64,000 bases of DNA from Nitrosopumilus sp. (GCA_965224195.1 OZ245040.1:1504001-1568000); one strand, 5' to 3'. Numbered from the stretch's first letter, positions 52,294 to 63,570 are shown. The notes: generated by a model from the sequence alone, not told the origin. Program-made: numbers and translations.

Positions 52294-53235
52294 TTATTTT
52301 TCATCTTCATATAACCAACAACGAACATAACCAGTTTCAGTTTTAAATTTAGGAGGGAGTTCTTTGCATTTCTCTATTGCTAATGGACATCTTTCAATAA
52401 ATCTACATTGTGTTGGAGCATCAAGTAAGCTTGGAGGAATGCCTTTGATGTATTTTGGAGTACCGCCTTTCAAAGTAGGAATTGATTCTAAGAGTCCCTG
52501 AGTATAGGGATGTTTTGGATTCTTGTAAATTTGTTCTGAAGAACCAAATTCTACCATTTGTCCGCCATACATTATACCAATTTTATCAGAAATTTCAGAT
52601 AGAACTGCCAAATCATGCGTAATTAGCATAAAGGACATGCCCTCTTTTTTTAAAGATTTTAGTAAATTGATGATTTGTGCTTGAATTAAAACATCTAATG
52701 CAGTTGTAGGTTCATCAGCAATTACAAATTTTGGTTTGAGCAGTAACGCCATTGCAATGATAACTCTTTGTTTCATCCCACCACTTAATTCATGAGGATA
52801 TTTCTTTAGAATATTTTTATCAAGAGATACAGAATTCATTGCATCAGAAATTATTTTCTTTAAATCACCATCAAAGGAATGCTCTTTTAAAATCTCAATA
52901 AATTGCTCATTAATTGTAAATACAGGATCCAATGAATTCATGGCACCTTGAAAAATCATTGAGATTTTTTTCCATCTATATTCATCATCAAATTTTAAAT
53001 CAGTTAATTCTAAAATAGAAACTCCATCAAATGTGATTTGCCCTTCAGTAACACCGCCCGAAAGCATTCGAATTAAGGATAATCCTAAGGTACTTTTTCC
53101 ACATGCACTTTCACCGGCAATTCCTATGGATTCACCATTATTCAATTCAAAATCTACATCATCGACAGCATATACTGGTCCTTTAGATGAAGAATATTTT
53201 GAGGACAATCCACTAACATTTAGAAATGTCATCAT
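52294..53235 (-). CDS. Oligopeptide/dipeptide ABC transporter ATPase
   Basis: GESACGKS, LSGGMKQR, ADEPTTALD, PKHPYT, CRF..RC. Confidence 0.95.
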   Translation of the reverse strand: MMTFLNVSGLSSKYSSSKGPVYAVDDVDFELNNGESIGIAGESACGKSTLGLSLIRMLSGGVTEGQITFDGVSILELTDLKFDDEYRWKKISMIFQGAMNSLDPVFTINEQFIEILKEHSFDGDLKKIISDAMNSVSLDKNILKKYPHELSGGMKQRVIIAMALLLKPKFVIADEPTTALDVLIQAQIINLLKSLKKEGMSFMLITHDLAVLSEISDKIGIMYGGQMVEFGSSEQIYKNPKHPYTQGLLESIPTLKGGTPKYIKGIPPSLLDAPTQCRFIERCPLAIEKCKELPPKFKTETGYVRCWLYEDEK

Positions 53236-53314
53236 TCTCTTAGATCCAAACTAGGATTTTTATTTTGCACTAAGGGATATAAACAACATTATCAGAATGA
53301 AAAAGTCGATTTAA

Positions 53315-53827
53315 ATGAAATTACCTATTTGTGGCTTTGATGCAAAAAATTCTATTCTTTGTCCTCAATGTGAAAGTAAAATTGAATCAGGAGAATTGAC
53401 AAAAGCTGATGCAGAAGCATCAATAAATCTTGCAAAAATTGCAAAATCAAATAAAGAAATTGAAAATTTCACACTATATTCTTGTAAAGAATTTGATGGA
53501 AATTTTGTATTATCCCTAGCAAAAAATGATATTATGCTAATTAGACAAAGTAGAACATTATATCGAACATTACAAGACCAATTCAAAGGTAAAATTTGGC
53601 TTGTAGAAGCAGATGAAACAGACAAACGCTTCATAGAAGATTTGTTCTTTCCCACCAAAATCCTATCAATTAATGAAGTTTGGGCACCAGGCGGTGTTCA
53701 AAAAACAAAAGCAGTTGTTTCAGGGAAATGGACTCCAAAATTCCCTATTGACACTGAAAAAGTAGTACAGATAGTCAAGAATGCCCGAAACCTTGACATT
53801 GAGATAGAATTTGAGGATAAAAGATAG
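53315..53827 (+). CDS. NusA-like transcription factor
   Basis: MKLPIC..D.K..ILCPQC N-terminus; located before aspS. Confidence 0.75.
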   Translation: MKLPICGFDAKNSILCPQCESKIESGELTKADAEASINLAKIAKSNKEIENFTLYSCKEFDGNFVLSLAKNDIMLIRQSRTLYRTLQDQFKGKIWLVEADETDKRFIEDLFFPTKILSINEVWAPGGVQKTKAVVSGKWTPKFPIDTEKVVQIVKNARNLDIEIEFEDKR

Positions 53828-53829
53828 AC

Positions 53830-55116
53830 ATGATTTTTGTAAAAACTCACGATATTTCTGAACTAAATCAAGAACTGATAGGAAAAGAAGTAGTATTGGG
53901 AGGATGGATTGAGGATCTTAGAAAATTAGGAAAAATGTCATTTATCACTCTTCGGGATGTGTCAGGAATATCTCAAATTATAGTTAAAGGAGAACTAAAT
54001 GACAATCTTGGTGAGATTAATCGTCAAAGTGTTGTCATCATTAAAGGAATAATGCAAGAAACTAAAGCTCGGGACTTTGCATTTGAGGTTAAGGCAGATG
54101 AAATAGAAGTTTTAGGAAAAGCAATTCACCCATTACCAGTTGACCCAATTGGCAGACTGGAAAGTAATATCGATACAAGATTAAATCATAGAGCACTAGA
54201 TATGAGAAATCAAAAAACAGCTTCAATTTTTAAATTACGACATCATGTATTACAATCTTTAAGAAAAACCCTTGCAGACAAAAAATTTATCGAAATCACA
54301 ACTCCAAAAATAATTGGAAGTGCAAGTGAAGGGGGTGCAGATTTATTTTCATTGGACTATTTTGGAAAAACAGCATATCTTGCTCAGAGTCCACAATTAT
54401 ACAAAGAACAAATGACAATCGGTTTAGAACGAGTATTTGAGATTTCAAATTTTTACAGGGCAGAAAATTCTCATACAGGAAGACATTTGACAGAATTTAC
54501 CAGTATTGACATTGAAGCTGCATTTATGGACTATGAGGATGTCATGAATGTTTTAGAATCTCTAGTATTATCAGTTTACAAAGATGTTTCAGAAAATTGT
54601 AAAACAGAGCAAGAAGCAATTGAGCACACAATAGAAGTTCCCTCAACACCGTTTGAGAGAATTACATACACACAGTGTGTTGAAGAGTTGAAAAAAGCAG
54701 GGGAAAAAGTCGAATTTGGAGACGATTTACTTGATGCACATCTTAGAATCATTGGACAAAACCATCCAGGGTTTTTCTTTTTAACTGACTGGCCCATGAA
54801 ACTAAAACCATTTTACATCAGAGAAAAGGATGATGATGCAGCACTTTCACGTTCTTTTGATTTGCAGTATGGATTTTTAGAATTGTCCTCAGGAGGAACT
54901 AGACTTCACAATCCAGAAATGCTCAAAGAGAGACTAAAAGAACAAGGATTAGATCCTAACCAATTTGCAGACCACCTTAAAACATTTGATTGGGGAATGC
55001 CACCACATTCAGGTTGGGGAATGGGATTAGATAGATTGATGACTACACTAATTGGAATGGATAATGTTCGCGAAGTAGTTTTGTATCCACGAGACCCAGA
55101 CAGGCTTAGTCCATAG
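53830..55116 (+). CDS. aspS: Aspartyl-tRNA synthetase (archaeal type)
   Basis: OB fold, YLAQSPQLYK, YRAENS, GMPPHSGWGMGLDR. Confidence 0.97.
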   Translation: MIFVKTHDISELNQELIGKEVVLGGWIEDLRKLGKMSFITLRDVSGISQIIVKGELNDNLGEINRQSVVIIKGIMQETKARDFAFEVKADEIEVLGKAIHPLPVDPIGRLESNIDTRLNHRALDMRNQKTASIFKLRHHVLQSLRKTLADKKFIEITTPKIIGSASEGGADLFSLDYFGKTAYLAQSPQLYKEQMTIGLERVFEISNFYRAENSHTGRHLTEFTSIDIEAAFMDYEDVMNVLESLVLSVYKDVSENCKTEQEAIEHTIEVPSTPFERITYTQCVEELKKAGEKVEFGDDLLDAHLRIIGQNHPGFFFLTDWPMKLKPFYIREKDDDAALSRSFDLQYGFLELSSGGTRLHNPEMLKERLKEQGLDPNQFADHLKTFDWGMPPHSGWGMGLDRLMTTLIGMDNVREVVLYPRDPDRLSP

Positions 55117-55131
55117 AGGAGCATATGAAAT

Positions 55132-55365
55132 ATGACATTATTCTGTAAACAATGTAACGAAAGAAGATTACCGATAGTCTTTGCTAAAGACAAACCTCCA
55201 TTATGGATATGTGAAAAATGTGAAAATTTTGCAGATGGTGAAGATGTTATAATTCGAGAAGTAACTAAAGAAGAAAAAGAGGGAATAAAGAAAAAGTTGG
55301 AAGATTTTGAAAATAACACCGAATTAAATGGTGAAAAACTAAAAAGAAGAAAAGGCGTTAATTGA
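55132..55365 (+). CDS. Zn-ribbon protein
   Basis: CKQC...WICEKC. Confidence 0.75.
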   Translation: MTLFCKQCNERRLPIVFAKDKPPLWICEKCENFADGEDVIIREVTKEEKEGIKKKLEDFENNTELNGEKLKRRKGVN

Positions 55366-55622
55366 TCATGATTGATCAAAAGGATGCGAAAAAAGTTGTA
55401 GAAGTAATTGGGAACAATTTGATTGGAGTATCACATGATTCTAGTAGTTTTGCTAAATTGCCTGACTCATTTTGGGGATATTTTGCAAGAGGGCACGATA
55501 CAAAAGGGACATTTGGTGTCATCGTGACTTATTCTGAAGAAGGTAAAGATGTGGATGGGCTGATCAAAATGTATGAAGAATGGGCTGCAAAAAATAAAAC
55601 AAAATCAGAAGAACCTACTTAG
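55362..55622 (+). CDS. Conserved hypothetical protein
   Basis: 86-aa ORF in operon. Confidence 0.7.
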   Translation: MIMIDQKDAKKVVEVIGNNLIGVSHDSSSFAKLPDSFWGYFARGHDTKGTFGVIVTYSEEGKDVDGLIKMYEEWAAKNKTKSEEPT

Positions 55623-55666
55623 TTTATTGTCAATTTTGTTTAGTAAACTCAGACATAAAAAATATT

Positions 55667-56422
55667 TTAATCATTTTTTACTTCAATTTTATTTTTATTG
55701 AATTTGTTGTAACCCTCTTTGTTGTAGCCCTCTTTGTTGTAGCCTAGGTGATCATATCCAAGTCTATCATACCCGTCTTTGTTGTGCCCATTGCTATCAT
55801 ACCCATCTAAATCATACCCGTCTTTGTTGTATCCATTTACATCATATCCATTACTATCATATCCATTTTTATCATATCCGTCTTTGTTAAACCCGTCTTT
55901 GTTAAACCCGTCTTTGTTGTATCCCTTTAGATCATACCCGTCTTTGTTAAACCCATTTTTGTTGTATCCATCTTTGTTGTATCCTTTTTTGTTGTACCCA
56001 TTTTTGTTGTATCCATCTTTGTTGTATCCTTTTTTGTTGTACCCGTCTTTATCAAAATTTATTTTTGTATCAATGTGAATCCCATCAAGAGAAAAACCAC
56101 GATTATCGTACCCGTCTTTGTTGTATCCCTTGTTGTTGTATCCATTTTTGTTGTATCCGTCTTTGTCGTAACCCTTGTAATTGTATCCATCTTCGTCGTA
56201 TCCATCTTTGTATCCCTTTTTGTCATATCCATTTTTGTTGTAACCCTTTTTGTCATATCCATTTTTGTTGTAACCCTTTTTGTCATATCTCTTGTTGTTG
56301 TATCCATCTTTATCAAATCCATTTTTGTTGTAACCCTTTTTGTCATATCCATCTTTATCATACCCATCCAAGTCATACCCAAACTTGTCAAATGTTTTAC
56401 TAAATTTATCAAACAAACCCAT
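55667..56422 (-). CDS. G(Y/F)(D/N)KX pentapeptide-repeat protein
   Basis: About 40 five-residue repeats (15-bp period) in two blocks around RGFSLDGIHIDTKINF. Confidence 0.85.
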   Translation of the reverse strand: MGLFDKFSKTFDKFGYDLDGYDKDGYDKKGYNKNGFDKDGYNNKRYDKKGYNKNGYDKKGYNKNGYDKKGYKDGYDEDGYNYKGYDKDGYNKNGYNNKGYNKDGYDNRGFSLDGIHIDTKINFDKDGYNKKGYNKDGYNKNGYNKKGYNKDGYNKNGFNKDGYDLKGYNKDGFNKDGFNKDGYDKNGYDSNGYDVNGYNKDGYDLDGYDSNGHNKDGYDRLGYDHLGYNKEGYNKEGYNKFNKNKIEVKND

Positions 56423-56493
56423 AACAGAATTTCATGAATCCAATTTAGATAAGCATTTTCATACCTGAGAATAGTCAATAAACGGATCTATTG

Positions 56494-56625
56494 CTACTTA
56501 GTTTCTTTGAGTAATTTACGATATCCTGCACATTCTTTACAAATTGGTTTTCCTTTGTATTTTGGATTTCCATCAGTAATTTTTAGAGTTCCAGGAACGG
56601 CTTTACAAATACAACAATCCACCAT
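56494..56625 (-). CDS. Small Zn-finger protein
   Basis: Hand-translated MVDCCICKAVPGTLKITDGNPKYKGKPICKECAGYRKLLKETK. Confidence 0.65.
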   Translation of the reverse strand: MVDCCICKAVPGTLKITDGNPKYKGKPICKECAGYRKLLKETK

Positions 56626-56995
56626 AGATTTTGGTTTGAATATGCAATTAATAAAAATTGGTAATTGTTAAAAATTTATAAATTATTAGTGAGTTTAGGC
56701 TCAAAAGATAAGAATAACCAAAAAATCAAATTTTTTACACTTTTTGATCTTTATCGAAAATTATCTAATAATTTTCATGGGATCAAACTATGAAGCATTT
56801 TTGTGGATTATTCAAAACCAGAAAAAAATTCATGAGGAATATATTCAGAAAATATCATAGTTTAGAAATAATTAAGGATTATCAGTAAAATAGAATGCCC
56901 ATCTTCAATCCCCTATTTTTAGACAAACTCATCAGCATTGTCCTAGTTGGGTAATCAAAGATTGGGTTTATTTCCTTCCAATAAAATCAATAACT

Positions 56996-58117
56996 GTGAA
57001 AGCGCAGACAATAATTATATTATTTTTAGTAATGACATGTTCGATAATCTCGCCTATTTTTGCACAGGAATTTGTAGAGCCACACTATACAATTCGTGGA
57101 GCCGATGTTTTAGACTTTGAATTAGACGGTGAATCCTCATCCCTAATCATTACACTTGATGGTCGGGCTAGAGGGGAAATAATCATCACACTACCAAGAT
57201 ATCTAATTGATGCTAAAATCGACTCTGAAGATACTGATTTTGAAATTTTAGTAGGTGGATTTAGAATTAATTCCTTTGATGAAAAAGTTACTTTAACTGA
57301 GAGAATAATTGCAATTCCATTTAAAAAAAATACCACTGAAATAAAAATTATTGGAACTCATGTTTTAACTCAAGTATCTGCTGTGCAAACTAGTCTTGCT
57401 AATCAAATGGATAACACAATACAATCAGAACTGAAAAAGCAAACTGCTGACGGTACCGCCAAACTGTTGGTATTTTCTAATACAAAATGGACTGGTGCTT
57501 TGCAATCATCAACTGTTGCGTATACTGAAATAAATGGTAATGGTGATAAAATTATCACTTTTGGATGTGAATCAACGCAATTTAATCAGGGATCTTTTGG
57601 TGCAAAAATTCAAAAAATTACAGAGAATGGTTTTGTGAGAATTGTTGCAATTCAGAATCAACAAATCATTACACAAGGTACAAGTGATGTGCAGTTTGAA
57701 GAAGTGTTCATTAATGGTGATTGTTATTCAAGTTTTGCTGCAAGTCCGGGTGGATGTCTTATAGCTACTGCCACATATGGCACAGAACTTGCACCCCAAG
57801 TACAACTCCTGCGAGAAATTAGAGATGAATCACTATTACAAACAGAATACGGGACTAATTTTATGAATTTGTTCAACGATGTATACTATTCATTTAGCCC
57901 AATAATTGCAGATTATGAGCGCGAAAACCCAACATTCAAAGAAATTGTAAAGATTGCAATTACACCAATGATTAGTTCTTTGTCCATTTTGAATTATGTT
58001 GATATGGATTCAGAAAGTGCGGTGTTAGGATATGGAATATCTTTGATCATACTAAATGGAATGATGTATGTTGGGATTCCAGTTGTTACAATTGTTGGAT
58101 TTAAGAAAAGATTCTGA
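56996..58117 (+). CDS. Secreted protein with CFI-box-CTERM domain
   Basis: Signal peptide; GGCLIATATYGTELAPQVQLLREIRD; C-terminal TM. Confidence 0.9.
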   Translation: MKAQTIIILFLVMTCSIISPIFAQEFVEPHYTIRGADVLDFELDGESSSLIITLDGRARGEIIITLPRYLIDAKIDSEDTDFEILVGGFRINSFDEKVTLTERIIAIPFKKNTTEIKIIGTHVLTQVSAVQTSLANQMDNTIQSELKKQTADGTAKLLVFSNTKWTGALQSSTVAYTEINGNGDKIITFGCESTQFNQGSFGAKIQKITENGFVRIVAIQNQQIITQGTSDVQFEEVFINGDCYSSFAASPGGCLIATATYGTELAPQVQLLREIRDESLLQTEYGTNFMNLFNDVYYSFSPIIADYERENPTFKEIVKIAITPMISSLSILNYVDMDSESAVLGYGISLIILNGMMYVGIPVVTIVGFKKRF

Positions 58118-58185
58118 AAATTTTAGATTTTAGTACTTTATTACGACCGTCGTATTCTCACGACTAAATCTGAGGCATTCTATTT

Positions 58186-59199
58186 TTAGAGATTATCAGT
58201 AATTTGTTTTGTAAATTCCGAGGTACTTGCATCTCCACCAATATCTTTAGTCTTGACACCAGACTTTACTAAATCAAATATTGTTGATTCCAACTTTTGA
58301 CCAACTTCAATACATTTGGAATCATTGTGTTTGTTTCCCAACCAATCAAGCATCATCTTAATTGATAGCAAGAATGATGAAGGATTTGCAATGTTTTGTC
58401 CGGCAATATCAAATGCCGCACCGTGAACTGGCTCAAACAATGCAAATTTGTCTCCAATGTTAGCAGCTGGCGCCATACCTAATCCTCCAACCACTTGGGA
58501 TGATTCATCAGATAAAATATCCCCAAACAAATTAGTAGTAACTATAACATCAAACTGTTCTGGTTGTCGAATCAAATTCATAGCACATGCATCAACATAC
58601 ATTTCTTCAAATGTAATATCAGGATAATCTTTTGATACATCAGTACATGCTTTGGCAAACATTCCATCGGTAACTCGCATTACATTTGATTTATGAACAC
58701 AAGTTACTTTTTTCATAGAGTCACGTTGTGTGGCAGTTTCAAAAGCATATTTTGCAATTCGCTTTGAAGCTTTTTCAGAAATTATTCTAAGTGCAACTGA
58801 AGAATTACCCAAGCTAAATTCTTTTCCAGTGTATAGATCCTCAGTATTCTCTCGAACTATCACCATGTCAATATCATCACGTAATGCAGTCATATGCGGA
58901 TATGATTTTGCAGGTCGGATATTTGCATACAAATCAAGCATTCGCCTCAACACCACTATTACATCAGCCGCACTTTCACCAACGGGTGCTTTCATACATG
59001 CATCAGATTGTTTTATGGAATCAACTGTTTCATCAGGAAGTGCTTTTCCAGTTTCAGACAATGCATGGTCACCGGCAGATAACTTGGCAATATCAAATTT
59101 CAAATCAAGTTTATCATGAATTGTAGTTAAAACAGAAATTGCAGATTCTGATAATTCAGGGCCAATTCCATCGCCAGTGATTAAAGAAATTTTATACAT
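58186..59199 (-). CDS. leuB: 3-isopropylmalate dehydrogenase
   Basis: GDGIGPE, RENTE, NLFGDILSD, FEPVHG; in leu/ilv operon. Confidence 0.88.
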   Translation of the reverse strand: MYKISLITGDGIGPELSESAISVLTTIHDKLDLKFDIAKLSAGDHALSETGKALPDETVDSIKQSDACMKAPVGESAADVIVVLRRMLDLYANIRPAKSYPHMTALRDDIDMVIVRENTEDLYTGKEFSLGNSSVALRIISEKASKRIAKYAFETATQRDSMKKVTCVHKSNVMRVTDGMFAKACTDVSKDYPDITFEEMYVDACAMNLIRQPEQFDVIVTTNLFGDILSDESSQVVGGLGMAPAANIGDKFALFEPVHGAAFDIAGQNIANPSSFLLSIKMMLDWLGNKHNDSKCIEVGQKLESTIFDLVKSGVKTKDIGGDASTSEFTKQITDNL

Positions 59200-59249
59200 A
59201 TCAAAACATCACAACAAGGGAATTTTAGGTTTAGCTTATCTGCTTTTCG

Positions 59250-60752
59250 CTAAGGCATCTTTTTGAACATAATTCCATTGATTGCATCAATTACTGCCTT
59301 TACAGAAGTAGTAACAATATCCTCACCAACTGATTTTGCTGAAACCTTGTTTCCTAATGGATCCTCAACTTTTACTGTAACTTCACACAAGGCATCAGAG
59401 CCACCAGAAATTGATGCCAATCCATAGTCTTTAATTCTAATCTCTGAAATCTTACCTGTAATTTTTTGAATTGCATTTAATGCTGCATCTACAGGTCCAA
59501 CCCCATAATCAGTTCCAATGTGATCCTGACCATCAATGTTTAATTTTACAAATGCATATGGCATGGTTCCAATACCAGTAGATACTGAAAAACCAGTTAA
59601 TCGTACAATTCTTTTGAGTTCTTTTTCACCCAAAACTTCACTTGCCATAGATAACAATTCTACATCGGTAACTTGTTTTCCTTGATCACCAAGTATTTTG
59701 ATTTTTTCTAAGATTTGTTTTGCTTGTTCTTCAGTTGGTTTTACACCATATTCTGCCAATATTGCATTCATTCCATGAACTCCTGCATGTTTTCCAACCT
59801 TTAACCATCTTTTTCTTCCAACTAATTCAGGACTAATTGGTTCGTAAGTGAGAGGATTATTCAATACACCATGAGTGTGAATTCCAGACTCGTGGCCAAA
59901 TGCATTGGCACCAACGATTGCCTTGTTAGGTTGTACCATTATCCCCACAGTCTTTGAGATGAATCTAGAAGTTTCATAGATTAATTCAGATTTAATATTA
60001 GTTTCATAATTTTGTTCATAAGGCAAACATTTGAGTGCCATTGAAAATTCTTCCAATGAAGCATTTCCTGCACGTTCTCCAATTCCATTAATTGTAACAT
60101 GTGCACATGCAGCACCTGCATGAATACCAGATAACGCATTTGCAACTGCCAATCCAAAATCATTGTGACAGTGAACACTTACTGGGAGTTTTGTAGCTTC
60201 AATTGTATCTCTAGTGATTTCAGCCATATATTCAGGAGTTGAATACCCCACAGTATCAGGAATATTAACACGATCAGCACCTGCTTTTGCAACAGCACCA
60301 AAAACTTTTTTCAAAAATTCTCGGTCTGTTCTGGATGCATCCTCAGCTGAAAACTCTACTTGTAATCCACGGGACTTTCCATACTCTACTGCCTCAATTG
60401 CTTTTTCAAGTGCTTGGTCTCGGGTCATTTGGAGCTTGTGTTCCAAATGAATATCTGATGTTGCAATGAAGGTATGAATATAATTTAATCCAGCATCAAC
60501 TGCTGCATCAATATCTTTTTTGATAGTTCTAGTTAATCCTGCAATTTCACAAGATAATCCTTCAGAAGTAATCATCTTGACTGCTTTTAATTCACCATCA
60601 GAAATTACCGGAAATCCAGCTTCAATTGCATCAACACCTAATGCATCAAGTTTTTTTGCAATTGCTAATTTTTGATCTGGAGACAAAGATACACCAAGGG
60701 TTTGTTCACCATCACGTAATGTGGTATCAAAAATTCTAACATTTACCATCAT
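59250..60752 (-). CDS. leuA: 2-isopropylmalate synthase (LeuA/CimA family)
   Basis: DTTLRDGEQ, HCHNDFG, GERAGN, HESGIH, GVGPVDA. Confidence 0.88.
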   Translation of the reverse strand: MMVNVRIFDTTLRDGEQTLGVSLSPDQKLAIAKKLDALGVDAIEAGFPVISDGELKAVKMITSEGLSCEIAGLTRTIKKDIDAAVDAGLNYIHTFIATSDIHLEHKLQMTRDQALEKAIEAVEYGKSRGLQVEFSAEDASRTDREFLKKVFGAVAKAGADRVNIPDTVGYSTPEYMAEITRDTIEATKLPVSVHCHNDFGLAVANALSGIHAGAACAHVTINGIGERAGNASLEEFSMALKCLPYEQNYETNIKSELIYETSRFISKTVGIMVQPNKAIVGANAFGHESGIHTHGVLNNPLTYEPISPELVGRKRWLKVGKHAGVHGMNAILAEYGVKPTEEQAKQILEKIKILGDQGKQVTDVELLSMASEVLGEKELKRIVRLTGFSVSTGIGTMPYAFVKLNIDGQDHIGTDYGVGPVDAALNAIQKITGKISEIRIKDYGLASISGGSDALCEVTVKVEDPLGNKVSAKSVGEDIVTTSVKAVIDAINGIMFKKMP

Positions 60753-61234
60753 GCACCACTTCTCTGTAATGCAGCAACACCAGTTCGAGCAACATCAAGA
60801 ATACCAAATGGCTTTACTAATTCTTCAAAGGCTTTGATTTGATCAGGAGTGGCAGTTAATTCTACCATCATAGAATCTTTTTTCACATCATGGACTTTGC
60901 CACCATATGCATTTGCTAATTTGTTAACTTCCATACTATCATTAGCATTACTGAGTTTTATCTTAAAAATACTAAGTTCTCGAAACACAGTTTTGTGCTC
61001 ATCTAACCGTTCAACTTTGACAGTATCAATCATTTTATCAAGTTGTTTTACTACCTGCTCGATTCGTTTTTCATCTCCATATGTGGTGATGGTCATTTTT
61101 GAATAATCAGGATTTTCAGTAATTCCAACTGAAATACTATCAATATTGAAATTTCTTGCTCTAAAAAGATGAGTTATCTTGAATAAAATTCCAGGTTTGT
61201 TTTCAACTAAAATAGAAAGGATTGCCCACATCAT
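60749..61234 (-). CDS. ilvN: Acetolactate synthase small subunit
   Basis: VENKPGIL...RNFNIDS...ARTG. Confidence 0.95.
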   Translation of the reverse strand: MMWAILSILVENKPGILFKITHLFRARNFNIDSISVGITENPDYSKMTITTYGDEKRIEQVVKQLDKMIDTVKVERLDEHKTVFRELSIFKIKLSNANDSMEVNKLANAYGGKVHDVKKDSMMVELTATPDQIKAFEELVKPFGILDVARTGVAALQRSGA

Positions 61235-61241
61235 AAATCAC

Positions 61242-62939
61242 CTAAGATGGTAAAATCATATCCGATAACGAAGTTCCAGGAGCTACAAATGGTAATACAT
61301 CTTCTTCAGGATCAATTGGAATGTCGATAACTGTTGCAACATCACTACTCAATGCATTTTTGATTGCTTTGTCAAGTTCATCCATTGATTGTGCACAAAT
61401 TCCTTGAGCACCATAAGACTCTGCTAATTTAACATAATCAGGACAACTGTGTTGTTCGACACCAGTCATTCGTCTATCATAGAAAGTTCTCTGCCATTGA
61501 GCTACCATTCCCAATGAAGAGTTGTTTAAAATAAATACAATTACAGGAATATCTTCTAAAACTGCAGTTGCAAGAGAATTTTCGGTCATACTAAAACTGC
61601 CATCACCTGCAATATCCACAACAGGAACATCAGGTTTTGCAACTTTGGCACCAATAGCAGCTGGGAATCCCCAACCCATAGTACCAAGTCCTGTAGAACT
61701 AAAGAAAGTACCAGGTTGAATTACATCATAGAATAATGATGCCCACATTTGGTGTTGTCCAACTTCAGTAGTTACAATAGATTCTTTTGGTAATAATTCA
61801 CGAAGTTTACGTAAAATTTTAGCAGCACCCATTTTACCTGGATGGATTTTTAAGTTTTCTTTCCAATATGCTTTGGTTTCTTTAACATGTTTTACCCAAG
61901 GGGATTCATCAGTTTTTTTAATAGTCTTTTGTAAAAGTAACTTTACCATAACTCGAAGGTTTACCTTTACATCTCCAACAACAGCTATCTGAGCATTTTG
62001 ATTCTTGCCAATTTCAGCAGGGTCAACATCCATGTGAATAATTTTTAATCGTTTTTCAAAAGCCTCAAAAGTTCCAACAGACCTATCTGAAAATCTAGTT
62101 CCAATAGCTAAAACACAGTCAGCTTCTGCCATCATTTTGTTAGCTTCTGCATGTCCATGCATCCCAATTGGACCTAATGACAAAGGATGAGTTTCAGGAA
62201 ATGCACCTTTACCTTTGAAAGTAGAAACTACAGGAAGCATAAGAGTTTCTGCAACAGCTTGTAATTCAGCAAATGCCGATGAAATAATTGCTCCACCACC
62301 AGCTAAGATAATTGGTTTTTCAGCATGAAGTAACATATCGATTGCTCTTTCGACATTAACAATATCAGGATCAGCCCACGGATGATAACCTTGAATTTTA
62401 AATTCATCTGGAAATTCCATTGGTGCTTCATTAGTTTGAACATCTTTTGGAATGTCAATCAATACAGGTCCAGGCCTTCCAGTTTCTGCAATGAAAAATC
62501 CTTTCTTGACAACTTCTGGAATTTCTCCAGCGGTTCTTGGTTGAAATGCATATTTTACAACAGGATTTGCCATTCCAATAATATCACTTTCTTGAAATGC
62601 ATCTTTACCAATCATGTTAACAGCTACTTGTCCAGTAACTGCAATCATAGGTGCAGAATCTGCTTGTGCAGTTGCAATACCTGTTAAAATGTTAGTTGCA
62701 CCAGGACCAGAGGTTGCAAAGCATACACCAGGTTTTCTACTAACCCTTCCAAATCCATCAGCCATATGAGCAGCTGACTGTTCATGTCTTACCAAAATAT
62801 GTCGAATATCACATCGGTTAAATTCATCGTACATTGGAAGGTTGGCACCTCCCGGCAATCCAAATACTTGTTTGACGCCTTCTTTTTCCATAGCCGTCAT
62901 CAAGGCTTTTGCACCTGTCATAGTTTCCATTTCATTCAT
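61242..62939 (-). CDS. ilvB: Acetolactate synthase large subunit
   Basis: RHEQ, TSGPGATN, GDGSF...NN. Confidence 0.96.
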   Translation of the reverse strand: MNEMETMTGAKALMTAMEKEGVKQVFGLPGGANLPMYDEFNRCDIRHILVRHEQSAAHMADGFGRVSRKPGVCFATSGPGATNILTGIATAQADSAPMIAVTGQVAVNMIGKDAFQESDIIGMANPVVKYAFQPRTAGEIPEVVKKGFFIAETGRPGPVLIDIPKDVQTNEAPMEFPDEFKIQGYHPWADPDIVNVERAIDMLLHAEKPIILAGGGAIISSAFAELQAVAETLMLPVVSTFKGKGAFPETHPLSLGPIGMHGHAEANKMMAEADCVLAIGTRFSDRSVGTFEAFEKRLKIIHMDVDPAEIGKNQNAQIAVVGDVKVNLRVMVKLLLQKTIKKTDESPWVKHVKETKAYWKENLKIHPGKMGAAKILRKLRELLPKESIVTTEVGQHQMWASLFYDVIQPGTFFSSTGLGTMGWGFPAAIGAKVAKPDVPVVDIAGDGSFSMTENSLATAVLEDIPVIVFILNNSSLGMVAQWQRTFYDRRMTGVEQHSCPDYVKLAESYGAQGICAQSMDELDKAIKNALSSDVATVIDIPIDPEEDVLPFVAPGTSLSDMILPS

Positions 62940-63063
62940 TTAATTTCTCTCCATAATTTTAAGCTAGTAAATTTTGGGCACACTATAATAGAACAACAAG
63001 AGGCAAATCATTGCCAAATATTTTAGTTAATTTTGTGTCCATTGAAATCATAAAAACAATCAA

Positions 63064-63567
63064 TTGATAATTAATAAAGATTATCTAAAAAATAATCAAG
63101 GATTCACTCTATATCGTGCAGAAGACTTAAACGGATATTTTCTGAATTTGGAATGGACTATTTTGAGCGATAATGAAGAAATAATCAACATCATAGAAAC
63201 ATTATTTGAATCAGGAATCAACAAAGATCTTTCAAAACTTAGAGACATTCATCTAAATGATTCCAAATTTTCTAGCTTTAGTGATTTGCCACCATATGAC
63301 CTTAAAGATTATCAAACAACAATTGAACTTGAAGAATTGAGATTCATCAGCATATCAGATTATTCATATGAAATAAAAAATCCAAAAATTAGCTTGTTTG
63401 GATATACAGCAGTTGTTGCTTTAGAACTAATTCAAAAAGGGATGTTGGTAGATAACAAGGCATACACAGGAGAACACATGGTGATTACGGGTCGTGCAAC
63501 ATTTGTTTTAGTAAAGCAGCCAACATGGAAAATAGCACACATTCATTTATCAAAGATTGACGGATAA
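63064..63567 (+). CDS. NTF2/SnoaL-like protein
   Basis: GRATFVL...WKIAHIHLS. Confidence 0.7.
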   Translation: MIINKDYLKNNQGFTLYRAEDLNGYFLNLEWTILSDNEEIINIIETLFESGINKDLSKLRDIHLNDSKFSSFSDLPPYDLKDYQTTIELEELRFISISDYSYEIKNPKISLFGYTAVVALELIQKGMLVDNKAYTGEHMVITGRATFVLVKQPTWKIAHIHLSKIDG

Positions 63568-63570
63568 TTT

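Noticed and set aside
55779-56478. Overlapping ORFs in other frames and strands of the pentapeptide gene
   Set aside because: Shadows of the 15-bp periodicity
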